DNA of 64,000 nucleotides, from assembly GCA_963663865.1 (NCBI GenBank), contig OY760686.1, positions 1,568,001 to 1,632,000 on the forward strand. The letters run 5' to 3'. The notes below the pieces were generated by a model. It saw only the letters and a list, made by a program, of their open reading frames with translations, made no database searches and was not told the origin of the DNA. Within the stretch, counting starts at the first letter, position 1. Every line of letters begins with the position of its first letter. This stretch comes from Spirochaetota bacterium (GTDB lineage: Bacteria; Spirochaetota; UBA4802; UBA5550). Both the position numbers and the translations under genes were made by a program. Below, piece by piece: positions 1-10,352 of this stretch.

Positions 1-1
1 G

Positions 2-595
2 ATTTTAGCTTCTTCGACGCTGCACAGAGGAGAGGCCTCAATGTCTCTTGAGGCTGATTACGGGAGCGGGACGTCGTTCTCAGTTAAAAAGATACGCTTC
101 AAGGCTGGAGGCGGGTTTGAGGATAACAGCAGGTTTGCTAATTTTTACCCTATTGACAGCACCGAAGCGAGTGTCATCGGGATAGAAGGCATATCAGCTC
201 AGAAATACGATTTTATTTCCGAGTTTTCATTTGACTGTTTGATCTTTGCTCGATTATTCAGGTTTTCGGTCAATTATACATACGAAAACTATACCGCTGA
301 TGTCAATGTCACTTACAGGCCGGAGCATCAGTTTGACGGCAGCATAAAGTATATCTTCAACAGGGGCGAAGTCGAGTGGAGCAACCGTATCACAAGCAGT
401 GTGTACGTGAGTCCCTTTCATGCTGAAGTTTTACAGAGTGCTACAGTTGGCTCATTGAAGCTTCAGTTTCAGATTGCTGAAACTTTATACTTCAATCTGT
501 TACTTAATAATCTGTATGGAGCCGAATACAGCTACAGAAATGGCTATCCTGAACCGGGTTTTACTGCTCTTGCCGGTCTGAGAATAGTCATTTAG
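2..595 (+). CDS. 3' part of an outer-membrane beta-barrel protein (TonB-dependent-receptor-like C-terminus); runs off the window start
   Basis: Frame is open back to position 2; alternating beta-strand pattern; C-terminus NNLYGAEYSYRNGYPEPGFTALAGLRIVI resembles the TBDR C-terminal signature. Confidence 0.6.
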   Translation: MLASSTLHRGEASMSLEADYGSGTSFSVKKIRFKAGGGFEDNSRFANFYPIDSTEASVIGIEGISAQKYDFISEFSFDCLIFARLFRFSVNYTYENYTADVNVTYRPEHQFDGSIKYIFNRGEVEWSNRITSSVYVSPFHAEVLQSATVGSLKLQFQIAETLYFNLLLNNLYGAEYSYRNGYPEPGFTALAGLRIVI

Positions 596-776
596 CTTAT
601 GTCCGGATTAGTCATGATATGAGCAGCCTTTTGTACATTTTAAATCTACTTGACGCAGCGCGCTTCACCGATATACAGGGAGCCCCGGCGAAGAAAGATC
701 AGTGCATTTTTGTTGCATGATACCGGTATCCCGGAGATAAAGGCCTTAAAATGGTTTCAGGATTGGATAAAGATAG

Positions 777-3317
777 ATGAAAAAACGTTTTGGTTTCAGA
801 TATATTTCCGTACTCGCATTATTTTTAGCTGCTTACGCTGCTTTGAATGATTTCAGCGGCAATGTTTATTCTCAGAACTCGAGATATGAGGGTAAAATTG
901 TAAGGAAGATTGAGTTTACCGGTAACGAAAGCGTTTCAAGCGGGGCCCTTCTGTATGCGATGAAAACCTCTATTGGATATCCGCTGAACAGCGCCGAGGT
1001 AAGGCAGGATATCAAGGAAGTTTTCGACAAGGGGCAGTTCGAGAAAGTCGATGTTGAGATAGAAGAGGTTCCTGACGGCGTTAAGCTTCGTTTTATATGC
1101 AAGGAAAGAGCAAGAATCAACTCGATTGATTTTAAAGGCAATGATGAGTTTGTAGATACCGATCTCGAAGCATCGATACCTGTTAAAGCAGGAGATGTTT
1201 TTAGAACAGACCTCCTGGAAAAAGGAGCGAAGGCTATCAAGGCAAAGTATGACGCCCAGGGCCTGTTCAATGCTGTTGTCTCATACAGAACTGACGAGGT
1301 TGACTCCGGAAGAGATGTAAAAGTCAGCTTCATTATTGATGAGGGAGAGGAAATAGTTGTAAAAAAGATATCCATTCTTGGAACAAGAAAAATTGATTCT
1401 GACGATTTGCTTGATCTGATGACCACCAAAGAAGAAGGTCTTTTCAGAGACGGTGCTTTTAAGAAAGAAGAATATGAAATGGACAAGGATAAGATTCTCG
1501 CTTATTACCGGGAGAACGGTTATCTCGACGCTCAGATTACCGGTGAAAAAGTTGAATATGAGTGGGATAATCCAGCCGAGAAGCAGACAAGAGTGATTTT
1601 TATCGTACTGAATGTTGATGAGGGCGATAAGTACTTTTTTGACGGATATACGGTTAAGGTTGAATCTGAAAAGCCGGTGTATACTCCCGAGGCTCTCATG
1701 AAGAATTTCAAGCTTAAAGAAAAGGGTGAGCTTTTCAATGACACCATGTTTCAACAGGATAGGCAGTCAATAAGCTTTAAATACGCATCTCAGGGATATA
1801 TATTTGCCCGGGTTGTTCCAGAAAAGAAGATAATCGAAAGGGAAATTGTTTCAGATGGAGAGACTGTAAAAAGGAAATTCGTCAAGGTGGATATTACCAT
1901 CACTGAGGGTACAAAGGCCTACGTTGAAAATATAATCATAAAAGGGAACCAGAAGACGAAGGATCATGTCATCAGGCGGGAGCTTCTTATAAAAGAAGGC
2001 GAGCTTTTTAATTCTGATTTGATGCAGCTTTCAAGGGAGAAGGTTTATAATCTTGGCTATTTCAAACAGGTAAACTTTGATGTCAGACCTGGCAGCAGGG
2101 AGGGGCAGATGAACCTCGTTGTAGACGTTGAGGAACAGCCTTCCGGAACTATATCGCTCGGTGGAGGTTACGGTACTACATCAGGTTTTTCCATCTTTGC
2201 AGATATTACCGAAAACAACTTTATGGGCAATGGCCAGATTGCAGGCATCAAGTTTTCATACGGTCCATACACATCATCAATAACCCTGTCATTTACAGAG
2301 AGATGGCTTTTTAACAAACCGATTGCCTTTAATTCGTCAATATCATACGGCCTCTATACTTACGAAGAGAGCTCAATATTCCCAAGCGGAAGCGATACAT
2401 CGGAGTATCAGAAGCAGACATTCGGATATTCCCTCGGCCTCAGCTACCGATTCTGGTACTATTTTCAAGTGGGTACATCATGGTATCATGTGTTTAAAAG
2501 CTATATTAATCCGACCGGAAACAGTCCTGATTATATATTTGAGTATGAGAGCCTCGGGGTTCAGGAGAAAAGGACACAAACTGTTTATCTCTACAGGGAC
2601 ACAAAAAACAACTATCTGAATCCGACTTCCGGGACAAGAGTCGGAATGAGTGTCGGTTTTACCGGGGGTTTTCTTGGCGGGGGAGACCATTTCATGGAGC
2701 TTAATCCGGAACTCTATGCTTATTATTCTCCGTTTAATCTGCCGTTTCTCGAATCTCATCCGTGCGTTTTTGAGTTCAGGGCAAATGGAACTTTTCTTAT
2801 GCAGCCGATTGGTTCTGTAAATCAGGATTACTCAAAGAACGAATGGCTTGACTCTGACGACAGGCTGAGGATGGGAGGCCCGGAGACTATAAGAGGCTGG
2901 GACTATTATGACACGGCTTTCCCAAAGTCGTGGGCCAATGCGGGACTGTATCACAGGGTTTTATACGGGCTTGAGTTCAGGGTGCCTATTCATCCACAGA
3001 TGCTATGGCTGGCATTCTTCTTTGACGCTGGTTCTCTCTGGTCTGATAACCAGTGGGAGAAACAGATCGTAAGCGATACTTACAGAAAGTATATTAACAA
3101 CGACAAAGAAAACGGGGATCTTCACAATATCGGACAGTTTTTTGATACAGACCTTCTTCAGTATTTCAGGTATTCATACGGAGCAGGTCTAAGGGTGCAG
3201 ATTCCGATGATGCCGCTTCGGTTCTGGTTCGGCAAGAAGATGATCTATGACGGCGATAAATTCTGCAATATAGGGGGCTGGACCTTCCAGTTCCAGATAG
3301 GAGATATCAGGTATTGA
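777..3317 (+). CDS. bamA: Outer membrane protein assembly factor BamA
   Basis: Signal peptide, five POTRA-like repeats (I.F.GN...EG), GNQKTKDHVIRREL, barrel with IRGW loop-6 motif, aromatic C-terminus. Confidence 0.95.
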   Translation: MKKRFGFRYISVLALFLAAYAALNDFSGNVYSQNSRYEGKIVRKIEFTGNESVSSGALLYAMKTSIGYPLNSAEVRQDIKEVFDKGQFEKVDVEIEEVPDGVKLRFICKERARINSIDFKGNDEFVDTDLEASIPVKAGDVFRTDLLEKGAKAIKAKYDAQGLFNAVVSYRTDEVDSGRDVKVSFIIDEGEEIVVKKISILGTRKIDSDDLLDLMTTKEEGLFRDGAFKKEEYEMDKDKILAYYRENGYLDAQITGEKVEYEWDNPAEKQTRVIFIVLNVDEGDKYFFDGYTVKVESEKPVYTPEALMKNFKLKEKGELFNDTMFQQDRQSISFKYASQGYIFARVVPEKKIIEREIVSDGETVKRKFVKVDITITEGTKAYVENIIIKGNQKTKDHVIRRELLIKEGELFNSDLMQLSREKVYNLGYFKQVNFDVRPGSREGQMNLVVDVEEQPSGTISLGGGYGTTSGFSIFADITENNFMGNGQIAGIKFSYGPYTSSITLSFTERWLFNKPIAFNSSISYGLYTYEESSIFPSGSDTSEYQKQTFGYSLGLSYRFWYYFQVGTSWYHVFKSYINPTGNSPDYIFEYESLGVQEKRTQTVYLYRDTKNNYLNPTSGTRVGMSVGFTGGFLGGGDHFMELNPELYAYYSPFNLPFLESHPCVFEFRANGTFLMQPIGSVNQDYSKNEWLDSDDRLRMGGPETIRGWDYYDTAFPKSWANAGLYHRVLYGLEFRVPIHPQMLWLAFFFDAGSLWSDNQWEKQIVSDTYRKYINNDKENGDLHNIGQFFDTDLLQYFRYSYGAGLRVQIPMMPLRFWFGKKMIYDGDKFCNIGGWTFQFQIGDIRY

Positions 3318-3811
3318 TGTCGGTGAAAAGATTGACCATGCTCTGTCTGCTTTCTGCAGTTATAACGGCCCTTTCGTGCAGTACAGGCACGGCTCGGGCC
3401 GAAGGCAAATGTCCGGTGGTACGTTATGTAAATCTGAGCGCTGTCAGTTCATATATCGATTCTACTGATCCTGAATACGCCCGAATACTCAAAGACCGCG
3501 ATTTGGCTTCGAGAAAAATGAAGGCCGGGCAATCAAACTCAGAAAGAGGACCGATTTCTGAAGATACGAAATCAGAAGCGGTTGAAGCGACAATTCTTGA
3601 AAACGCCGAGAGTATGCTTTCCTCATATCGAGCGAATAATCTTAAAAGAATCAATTTAATTCTAAAAAAACTGGCAGCGGAGGAAGGTGTGGATTTCATT
3701 CTTAACTATTCTGAGCATGTAATTTATGCCGATTCTTCATACGATTTAACGTCGCAGGTTATTCGTGAGCTTGAGAAGCAGAGTAAGCTAAACAGCCCAT
3801 TGCTGAGATAG
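3314..3811 (+). CDS. OmpH/Skp-like periplasmic chaperone, possibly lipidated
   Basis: Overlaps the bamA stop; VRYVNL N-terminal and LAAEEGVDFILN..VIYADSSYDLTSQVI C-terminal Skp patterns; ALSC lipobox-like site. Confidence 0.7.
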   Translation: MMSVKRLTMLCLLSAVITALSCSTGTARAEGKCPVVRYVNLSAVSSYIDSTDPEYARILKDRDLASRKMKAGQSNSERGPISEDTKSEAVEATILENAESMLSSYRANNLKRINLILKKLAAEEGVDFILNYSEHVIYADSSYDLTSQVIRELEKQSKLNSPLLR

Positions 3812-3817
3812 GACGAA

Positions 3818-4492
3818 ATGAATAAATATAAAAGCATATTTTCCCTGATAGTTTCTGCATTAAGTCTTGTTCTTGCGGTTTCATGTTCAACAGAAAAGGA
3901 CAGACTTCTTAAAAATGCCCTGAAAGGTTTTGAGGGTAATTATGCGGTCTATGTAGATAAGGGAAGCTTTACTTTGACTGTCTATGACAGAGATATCAAA
4001 ACAATTAAAAAGTATCCGATTGCTTACGGATTAAACCCGGACAGAAAGCCCAAAATACACGAAGGAGATAACCGCACACCTGAGGGGTTATATCACGTTA
4101 CCGAGGTTCTCAGCATGGATGCTTCCAGTAATACAGAGTCATACAGTAAGCTGGCTCTTATGAATCGTTTTTATTTCAGGGCATCACAGGGCCACCACCG
4201 TTACGGAAAACCGCATGAAGATATTGGAGATAATGCGTACGGTTCAAGGTTTTTCAGGCTGAGTTATCCCAATGACATGGACATGCAAAGATATAAGAAA
4301 TTCAAAAGCTCCAATCATCATAAATCGGGAAAAATCCCGGGAATCGGCGGAGGGATAGCCATTCACGGGAATAACGACCCTGAATCGATTGGCCATCTGG
4401 CATCAAGCGGCTGTGTGAGAATGTACAATGACCACATTATTGAGCTGGAAAAGTATATTCAGGTGGGTACTCCCGTAGTTATAAAAAAATAA
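3818..4492 (+). CDS. L,D-transpeptidase (YkuD family) lipoprotein
   Basis: EGDNRTPEG and IAIHG...SSGCVRM catalytic motif; LAVSC lipobox. Confidence 0.9.
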   Translation: MNKYKSIFSLIVSALSLVLAVSCSTEKDRLLKNALKGFEGNYAVYVDKGSFTLTVYDRDIKTIKKYPIAYGLNPDRKPKIHEGDNRTPEGLYHVTEVLSMDASSNTESYSKLALMNRFYFRASQGHHRYGKPHEDIGDNAYGSRFFRLSYPNDMDMQRYKKFKSSNHHKSGKIPGIGGGIAIHGNNDPESIGHLASSGCVRMYNDHIIELEKYIQVGTPVVIKK

Positions 4493-4651
4493 GCGTAATT
4501 ACCTTTTACTTTAAAGGTTGACATTAATGTTGTTATTATTGAATATGAGTAAAAATTCATGTTATTGAGTGCGGGCTGCGTGTTTCCCCGTTGAGGATGG
4601 ATTCAAGCAGCAGGCAGTTTAGAGAACTAACGACGGAGGAGTTATTTATTC

Positions 4652-4969
4652 ATGAACACATTTGGAATGGCATTCGCGCAGACAGCACCAGCAGCTCAGC
4701 CTGCAGCAGGCGGAGGATGGGTCAGCTTTCTGCCGATTATTTTAATGATAGTAATCTTTTATTTTTTGCTGATAAGACCTCAGCAGAAAAAGGAAAAGGA
4801 TAGAAGGAAGATGATTGCGGCCCTTCAAAATGGTGATCGCGTTCTTACTACAGGGGGGATATATGGAGTTGTCTCCGCTGTTAAAGAAAACGATATTATT
4901 GTTTTAAAAGTATCTGACAATACCAAGATTGAGATCGCGAGAAGCGCTGTCCAATTAAAAATCCAATAA
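4652..4969 (+). CDS. yajC: Preprotein translocase subunit YajC
   Basis: FYFLLIRPQQKK and GDRVLTTGGIYG motifs; upstream of secD. Confidence 0.95.
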   Translation: MNTFGMAFAQTAPAAQPAAGGGWVSFLPIILMIVIFYFLLIRPQQKKEKDRRKMIAALQNGDRVLTTGGIYGVVSAVKENDIIVLKVSDNTKIEIARSAVQLKIQ

Positions 4970-4982
4970 TAAAAAATCTGTA

Positions 4983-5615
4983 ATGAAACACATTGCATTA
5001 TTTTTGATAATCATTTCCGTCCCCTTCTTTCAGCTGACTGTTCGTGCTGAAGATCAGTCTCAGGTTCAACAGGGGACTGAAAAAACCGGGGATACACAGA
5101 GTGAGTCAGAGACTGCCGACAGTTCGGGGTTGAAAGAAGGGAGCGTCGTTCCGTTGAAGAACGATTCAGCTCCTGTTGCTGAGCCAGAGCCATCTGGAGA
5201 AACATCAAAAAGTAAATCTCCGGAAATAGCGCCGGCAATTGTTCCTGCGGCAGCTCAGAAAAAAAGTACACCCGAGCCGGTTAACGTTCAGGATGAGGCT
5301 TTAAACGATCCGGGAGACTTATCTTCCAGGATGCTTCAACCCGATGAAGGGTATTTTAGATATTCCAGAATCCCGGGGATCGTAATCGACAGGGCAGAGC
5401 CGGAGACAGTAGCAAGTACGGCAGCTTCTTCGATTGAAAGGGTTAAAGGCGGAGACGAAGCCGATGAAAAGAGCGGCTTTATGGGTTTGGGCGGAAAAAA
5501 TTCAGATGTACTCGCTAAAATAGGACTGCTTGTTTTTATCGCGGCGATAATAATTCTCTACAAACTGCGGTCTGCTTCCGGCGGCAGGCGTGTCATGAGA
5601 AGCATTAGAAAATAA
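4983..5615 (+). CDS. Exported low-complexity protein with C-terminal TM anchor between yajC and secD
   Basis: Signal peptide, acidic/Pro-rich linker, TM helix then basic tail; operon position. Confidence 0.7.
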   Translation: MKHIALFLIIISVPFFQLTVRAEDQSQVQQGTEKTGDTQSESETADSSGLKEGSVVPLKNDSAPVAEPEPSGETSKSKSPEIAPAIVPAAAQKKSTPEPVNVQDEALNDPGDLSSRMLQPDEGYFRYSRIPGIVIDRAEPETVASTAASSIERVKGGDEADEKSGFMGLGGKNSDVLAKIGLLVFIAAIIILYKLRSASGGRRVMRSIRK

Positions 5616-5647
5616 CAATAACAACAAAAGACAGACAGAGGAGCATT

Positions 5648-7303
5648 ATGAGAAGGGGAATGATATACAAGGCTGTATGGATTTTATCTCTTGCGGCAGT
5701 TGCAGCTTTGCTGATTTATCCGACTATCGGAATGAAGACTATGGAAATCACTATGCTGAATTCCGCGACAGAGCAGCAGAAAACGGCCGTAGCTGGGTTA
5801 TTCTCAGAACGTGGATATTCTGTAGAGACTAAAGATAGTTCAGTCCTGATAAAAAGCAGGGGCCTTAATGACGCGGTAATGAATGAGGCAAGGACTCTTG
5901 AAGGTGTCAGTGACGCGAAGATTTTAAAACTCTGGGTCGAGGAAAAATTACTCGCAAAGAAAATAAACCTTGGTCTTGACCTCCAGGGTGGTATGAATCT
6001 TGTACTTCGTGCCAACTATGAAGGAATTGAAAAAAAGCTTGGACGCAAGCTGACAGAGAAAGACAGAAGCGAAATAACTCAACAGGCGCTTGAGCTTCTC
6101 AGAAACAGAATTGACAAGTTTGGTGTTTCTGAACCGTCTATCAAACCTTCAGGAAATGAATCGATTGAAATTCAGCTTCCAGGTGTTAAAGATCCGGCAA
6201 GTGTAAAAAATGCGCTTGGTCAGACCGGGCGTCTTGAATACAGGCATGTTAACGATGCTTATACCGCTAAAGCCACGGAATGGATTAAAGGAAACTACAA
6301 AGAGGAAAAAATGCCTCTTGATGTTGTTGCTCAGGATAAGCTTATAGAACAGATTGCCAGCGGGATTAAACTGCCTGCTGATCTCGAACTGATGTTTTTC
6401 TATGAAAAGGACGAAGAAACAAGTCAGTTGACACCATCGTATCCAATGGCATTGACGAAAGATGTGGCTGTCGATGGTACTGATATCAGCGAGACTACTG
6501 TAAACCAGGATGAATACGGACAGATAATTGTATCATTTAAAACGACTTCAGAGGGAGCGGCAAAATTTGCTGCAGCCACCGCTGAAAAGTTCAAGGGAAC
6601 AAAGCTGGCCATTGTTCTCGACAGAAAGATAAGAAATGCTCCTAATATCAATGAGCCGATTACAACCGGAAGCGGACAAATCAGCGGCGGATTTACATAC
6701 AATGAAGCATTGACGCTTTCAAGAATAATAAAAGAGGGCGCTCTTCCGGTAGACCTTCAAATAGTGCATGAAAGCTCAGTAGGTCCAACACTCGGGCAGG
6801 ATTCAATTAACGCCGGTGTAAAGGCGCTTTTTGTAAGCCTCATAGGCGTGATGCTGTTTATGGTTGTTTATTACAAGGGTGCCGGGATTGTATCTGTATT
6901 CGGTCTTTCGGTTAACATACTCTTTATGATGGCCCTTCTTTCTTTACTCGGCTTTACGCTTACTTTGCCCGGTATCGCAGGTTTCATCCTTACCGTTGGT
7001 ATGGCAGTTGACGCGAATGTTATTATATATGAAAGGATCAAGGAAGAGCTGGCGGGGGGCAAGTCCGTTAGAATGGCCGTTGTGAGCGGCTACGAGAAGG
7101 CCTTCTGGACGATTTTTGATTCAAACCTGACAACAATTATTTCTGCGTTTATACTGTTTCAGTTTGGTACCGGACCGATTAAGGGATTTGCGGTTACTCT
7201 TTTCATAGGAATTCTGACGAGCATGTTTACTGCTCTGTATATAACGAGATTCATTTATGAAATAATATCTCAGAATAAACGTATAAAGAAATTATCCATT
7301 TAA
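5648..7303 (+). CDS. secD: Protein translocase subunit SecD
   Basis: LGLDLQGG, IELPG-like motif, VGPTLG, GMAVDANVIIYERIKEE. Confidence 0.97.
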   Translation: MRRGMIYKAVWILSLAAVAALLIYPTIGMKTMEITMLNSATEQQKTAVAGLFSERGYSVETKDSSVLIKSRGLNDAVMNEARTLEGVSDAKILKLWVEEKLLAKKINLGLDLQGGMNLVLRANYEGIEKKLGRKLTEKDRSEITQQALELLRNRIDKFGVSEPSIKPSGNESIEIQLPGVKDPASVKNALGQTGRLEYRHVNDAYTAKATEWIKGNYKEEKMPLDVVAQDKLIEQIASGIKLPADLELMFFYEKDEETSQLTPSYPMALTKDVAVDGTDISETTVNQDEYGQIIVSFKTTSEGAAKFAAATAEKFKGTKLAIVLDRKIRNAPNINEPITTGSGQISGGFTYNEALTLSRIIKEGALPVDLQIVHESSVGPTLGQDSINAGVKALFVSLIGVMLFMVVYYKGAGIVSVFGLSVNILFMMALLSLLGFTLTLPGIAGFILTVGMAVDANVIIYERIKEELAGGKSVRMAVVSGYEKAFWTIFDSNLTTIISAFILFQFGTGPIKGFAVTLFIGILTSMFTALYITRFIYEIISQNKRIKKLSI

Positions 7304-7319
7304 ATAAAGGAGTGCTACC

Positions 7320-8198
7320 TTGAAAAGGATTGTTGAGTTTTTAAAATACAGGTATTTCTTTTTCGCGCTTTCAGCGATTATGCTCGTAGTCTTTTATTCT
7401 AATACCTACATGAAAGGCGGCCTTAATATGGGCATCGATTTCGTAGGTGGTATGAAGGTTATAGCAAAATTTGATAAGGAAGTCACCGAGGGATCGTTGA
7501 GAGATGTTCTAAAGGTACATGATCCTATTGTCCAGCAGATGGGTGATCAGCAGCTTAATGAGTATATCATAACAGCGAAGATTACCAGCGAGGAAGAAGC
7601 AAAGAATGAGCTGAATGAGGTCAAGTCGAAGCTAACGGCTTCATATCCAGGGGTCAAGTTTTTAAGCGAAGAGAACGTTGGACCTTCCATTGGTAAAATG
7701 ATGGTTAGAACGGCCATAAAGCTTGTCATTATTTCCATGCTTATGATGACCGCTTATTTAACATTCAGGTTTGAATTTAAGTATTCTGTCGGTGCAATGG
7801 CGGCTCTTGTCCACGATGTCATTCTCTCTATTGGCTTTATAGGTTTGACCGGCATTGAGTTGAATACCCCGGTTGTTGCTGCTCTTCTGACTATTTTCGG
7901 TTATTCGGTCAATGATACAATTGTAGTTTTTGACCGTATCAGGGAAAATACTCAGATTAAAAGTCAGAACACATTTATTGAAGTAATAAATAAATCAATA
8001 ACTCAGTCAATGAGCAGAACGTTGCTTACATCATTGACAACACTGTTCTCAGTTTTTGCCCTGTTCCTTCTGGGTGGTGATGTGCTCAGGCCTTTCGCTA
8101 CAGTCCTTCTTTTCGGAATAGGAATTGGAACATATTCGTCTATTTTTGTTGCCGCACCTACCGTTCTCGGATGGGAAAAACTTAGAAAAAAGAGATAA
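7320..8198 (+). CDS. secF: Protein translocase subunit SecF
   Basis: GIDFVGG and GYSVNDTIVVFDRIRE motifs; TTG start after an AGGAG RBS. Confidence 0.97.
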   Translation: MKRIVEFLKYRYFFFALSAIMLVVFYSNTYMKGGLNMGIDFVGGMKVIAKFDKEVTEGSLRDVLKVHDPIVQQMGDQQLNEYIITAKITSEEEAKNELNEVKSKLTASYPGVKFLSEENVGPSIGKMMVRTAIKLVIISMLMMTAYLTFRFEFKYSVGAMAALVHDVILSIGFIGLTGIELNTPVVAALLTIFGYSVNDTIVVFDRIRENTQIKSQNTFIEVINKSITQSMSRTLLTSLTTLFSVFALFLLGGDVLRPFATVLLFGIGIGTYSSIFVAAPTVLGWEKLRKKR

Positions 8199-9105
8199 AA
8201 GTGTGCTTCAACGCACGTCACTATTAGCAATTTCCGGTATCTGCTGTATTCTCATTATCGCTGCCTCAGCGGCCGAGGCAGCAGATGCCAAAAACTCTCA
8301 CCGTTCAAAACAGTCAAATTTTATTAGATATCTTACACGAAACAATGAATATGCAAGAGCTTCACTGGAGCTTGAACGCACAAATGTACTATATCCCGGC
8401 TATTATGATGCCGATCTGTTTCTGACAACATCCGCCTACCTTGATTTTAAAATAGGGAGATATTCACGAATTTTAAACGCTGATATTCCCACTTTATTGA
8501 CAGGGCAGCCCCATCCATGTAACATATTCAGGATTGACGCGTTAAGATTTTCAAAAAACTTTAAGAAGGCAGCTGAGTTATCAAACACTGTCTGTCAGCC
8601 TCCCGATAATGATTCCGAGCTGAATCAGATATGCCGAAAGCGCATTTTTGCCTCAAACCTGCAGGAGTACATTAAAACTGGTATAAGTAACCATACCGAT
8701 ATACTGCACACCAGTGAGTTCGAAGCTTATAGAGAGCTTCTGCAATATACAAAAAAAGAGCACAAAAACAAGGTATCTCCAGCTGCCGCGGCAGTCTTTG
8801 GAGTTGTGCCTGGCATGGGCTATGCTTACGGAGGCGATGTGGCAACCGGAGCTGTGGCGTTTACGGTCACGGCAGTATGTACTGCTATCAGCATGCTCTC
8901 ATTCAACAGCGGTATGAAGCCGGCCGGAATAGTATTTGGAGCTGTTGGTTTCTTCTTCTATTCCGGGTCAATAGTCGGGGGATACATGCAGGCAAATCGA
9001 TACAATCAGTCAATTTCGGACAGTCTCATGAGAAATATAGAGGAAAAAATGAAACTTGATGAAGACAGAGAAAAAATATTCAACAAAAACGGTCTCGGAA
9101 AATAG
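8125..9105 (+). CDS. Hypothetical exported/membrane protein (helical N-terminus, Gly-rich hydrophobic C-terminal segments); true start probably near 8201
   Basis: Long ORF in operon between secF and ribD; PGMGYAY-type membrane segment. Confidence 0.6.
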   Translation: MEHIRLFLLPHLPFSDGKNLEKRDKSVLQRTSLLAISGICCILIIAASAAEAADAKNSHRSKQSNFIRYLTRNNEYARASLELERTNVLYPGYYDADLFLTTSAYLDFKIGRYSRILNADIPTLLTGQPHPCNIFRIDALRFSKNFKKAAELSNTVCQPPDNDSELNQICRKRIFASNLQEYIKTGISNHTDILHTSEFEAYRELLQYTKKEHKNKVSPAAAAVFGVVPGMGYAYGGDVATGAVAFTVTAVCTAISMLSFNSGMKPAGIVFGAVGFFFYSGSIVGGYMQANRYNQSISDSLMRNIEEKMKLDEDREKIFNKNGLGK

Positions 9106-9107
9106 AT

Positions 9108-10352
9108 ATGAATGAGCATTTTATGGGTGTAGCCCTGCGTCAGTCCTTCTCAGTAATGGGAGAAACATCTCCAAACCCTCCGGTTGGAGCGGTTATAGTG
9201 AAGGAAGGTAAAATCGTAGCGACAGGGGCGACCTGCGAGTGCGGTTCAGATCACGCTGAGATTTCAGCGTTAAAAGCTGCCGGGGAAAATGGGCATAGCG
9301 TTGTGGGCGCTGAAATGTATGTCAGCCTTGAACCATGCAGCCACCACGGGAAAACACCGCCATGCGCAGAGGCGATAGTGAAGGCTGGAATAAGCAGGGT
9401 ATATATCCCCCTGATAGATCCGAACCCTCTTGTCAGCAGGAAAGGGGTACAGTTACTGAAAAACGCGGGTGTTGAAGTTGTGATAATGGAAGCTTTTTCC
9501 GAGCAGGCGGCTGATATCCTTCGCCCGTTTTATAAGCGTGTAAGCAAGAGAAAGCCCTTTATTATTAATAAGACCGCAATGACTCTTGATGGCCGTACCG
9601 CTTCGATCACTGGTGATTCCAGATGGATATCATCTCCGGCTTCGAGGCTGATGTCGCACCGCCTGCGTTCAAAGGTTGACGCCATAATCATCGGAAAGAA
9701 CACCCTTTTAAGAGACAACCCGTCTTTGAACGTAAGATTTAACGACTTTGACAGGGGCACACATGAGAATCTTGAGCTATCAGCACAAAGAATCGGCGGA
9801 TACAATAATTTTCTCTTAACATCACTGATGTCTGGAGGGGATAGCAGTGTCCGGTGCGGTGAGCCTCTTCGAGTTTTATTTGGATTGCCTGATCCTGAAT
9901 TTTTTACGCATTGCTTTTTTAGGGACGGGAACTATGTAATTTATGATTCCGCTCAAACTGTTTTTAAATCATCGCATAAGGCGGAGAATATTAAAAAACT
10001 GATTGAGGATGGAAATCTTGTGCTTTCAGAGAAATCTGAAAAAGCAGATATCACTTCAAAGGCACTTATTGACCTGTACCAGAGAGGCATTGTTTTCGGA
10101 ATGCTTGAGGGAGGCTCATGTTTAGCGAAAACATTTTTTGAGATGGGGGATATTGACCAGTTTCTGTATTATATTGCTCCTAAAGTGCTTGGAGGCGGTT
10201 TTGCTCCGCTCTCATCAGATAAAATAAATGATATAAGCGGAGCATTAAATTTGAAAAATATATCCTACGCCGGTATAGACTGTGATGTAATGATATCAGG
10301 ATATTCAGAAACTATAACGGTGAAAAGCGGGGAGATATGTTCACAGGAATAG
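9108..10352 (+). CDS. ribD: Riboflavin biosynthesis deaminase/reductase RibD
   Basis: PNPPVGAVIV, HAE, LEPCSHHGKTPPC, TLDGRTA, SRWIS motifs. Confidence 0.95.
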   Translation: MNEHFMGVALRQSFSVMGETSPNPPVGAVIVKEGKIVATGATCECGSDHAEISALKAAGENGHSVVGAEMYVSLEPCSHHGKTPPCAEAIVKAGISRVYIPLIDPNPLVSRKGVQLLKNAGVEVVIMEAFSEQAADILRPFYKRVSKRKPFIINKTAMTLDGRTASITGDSRWISSPASRLMSHRLRSKVDAIIIGKNTLLRDNPSLNVRFNDFDRGTHENLELSAQRIGGYNNFLLTSLMSGGDSSVRCGEPLRVLFGLPDPEFFTHCFFRDGNYVIYDSAQTVFKSSHKAENIKKLIEDGNLVLSEKSEKADITSKALIDLYQRGIVFGMLEGGSCLAKTFFEMGDIDQFLYYIAPKVLGGGFAPLSSDKINDISGALNLKNISYAGIDCDVMISGYSETITVKSGEICSQE

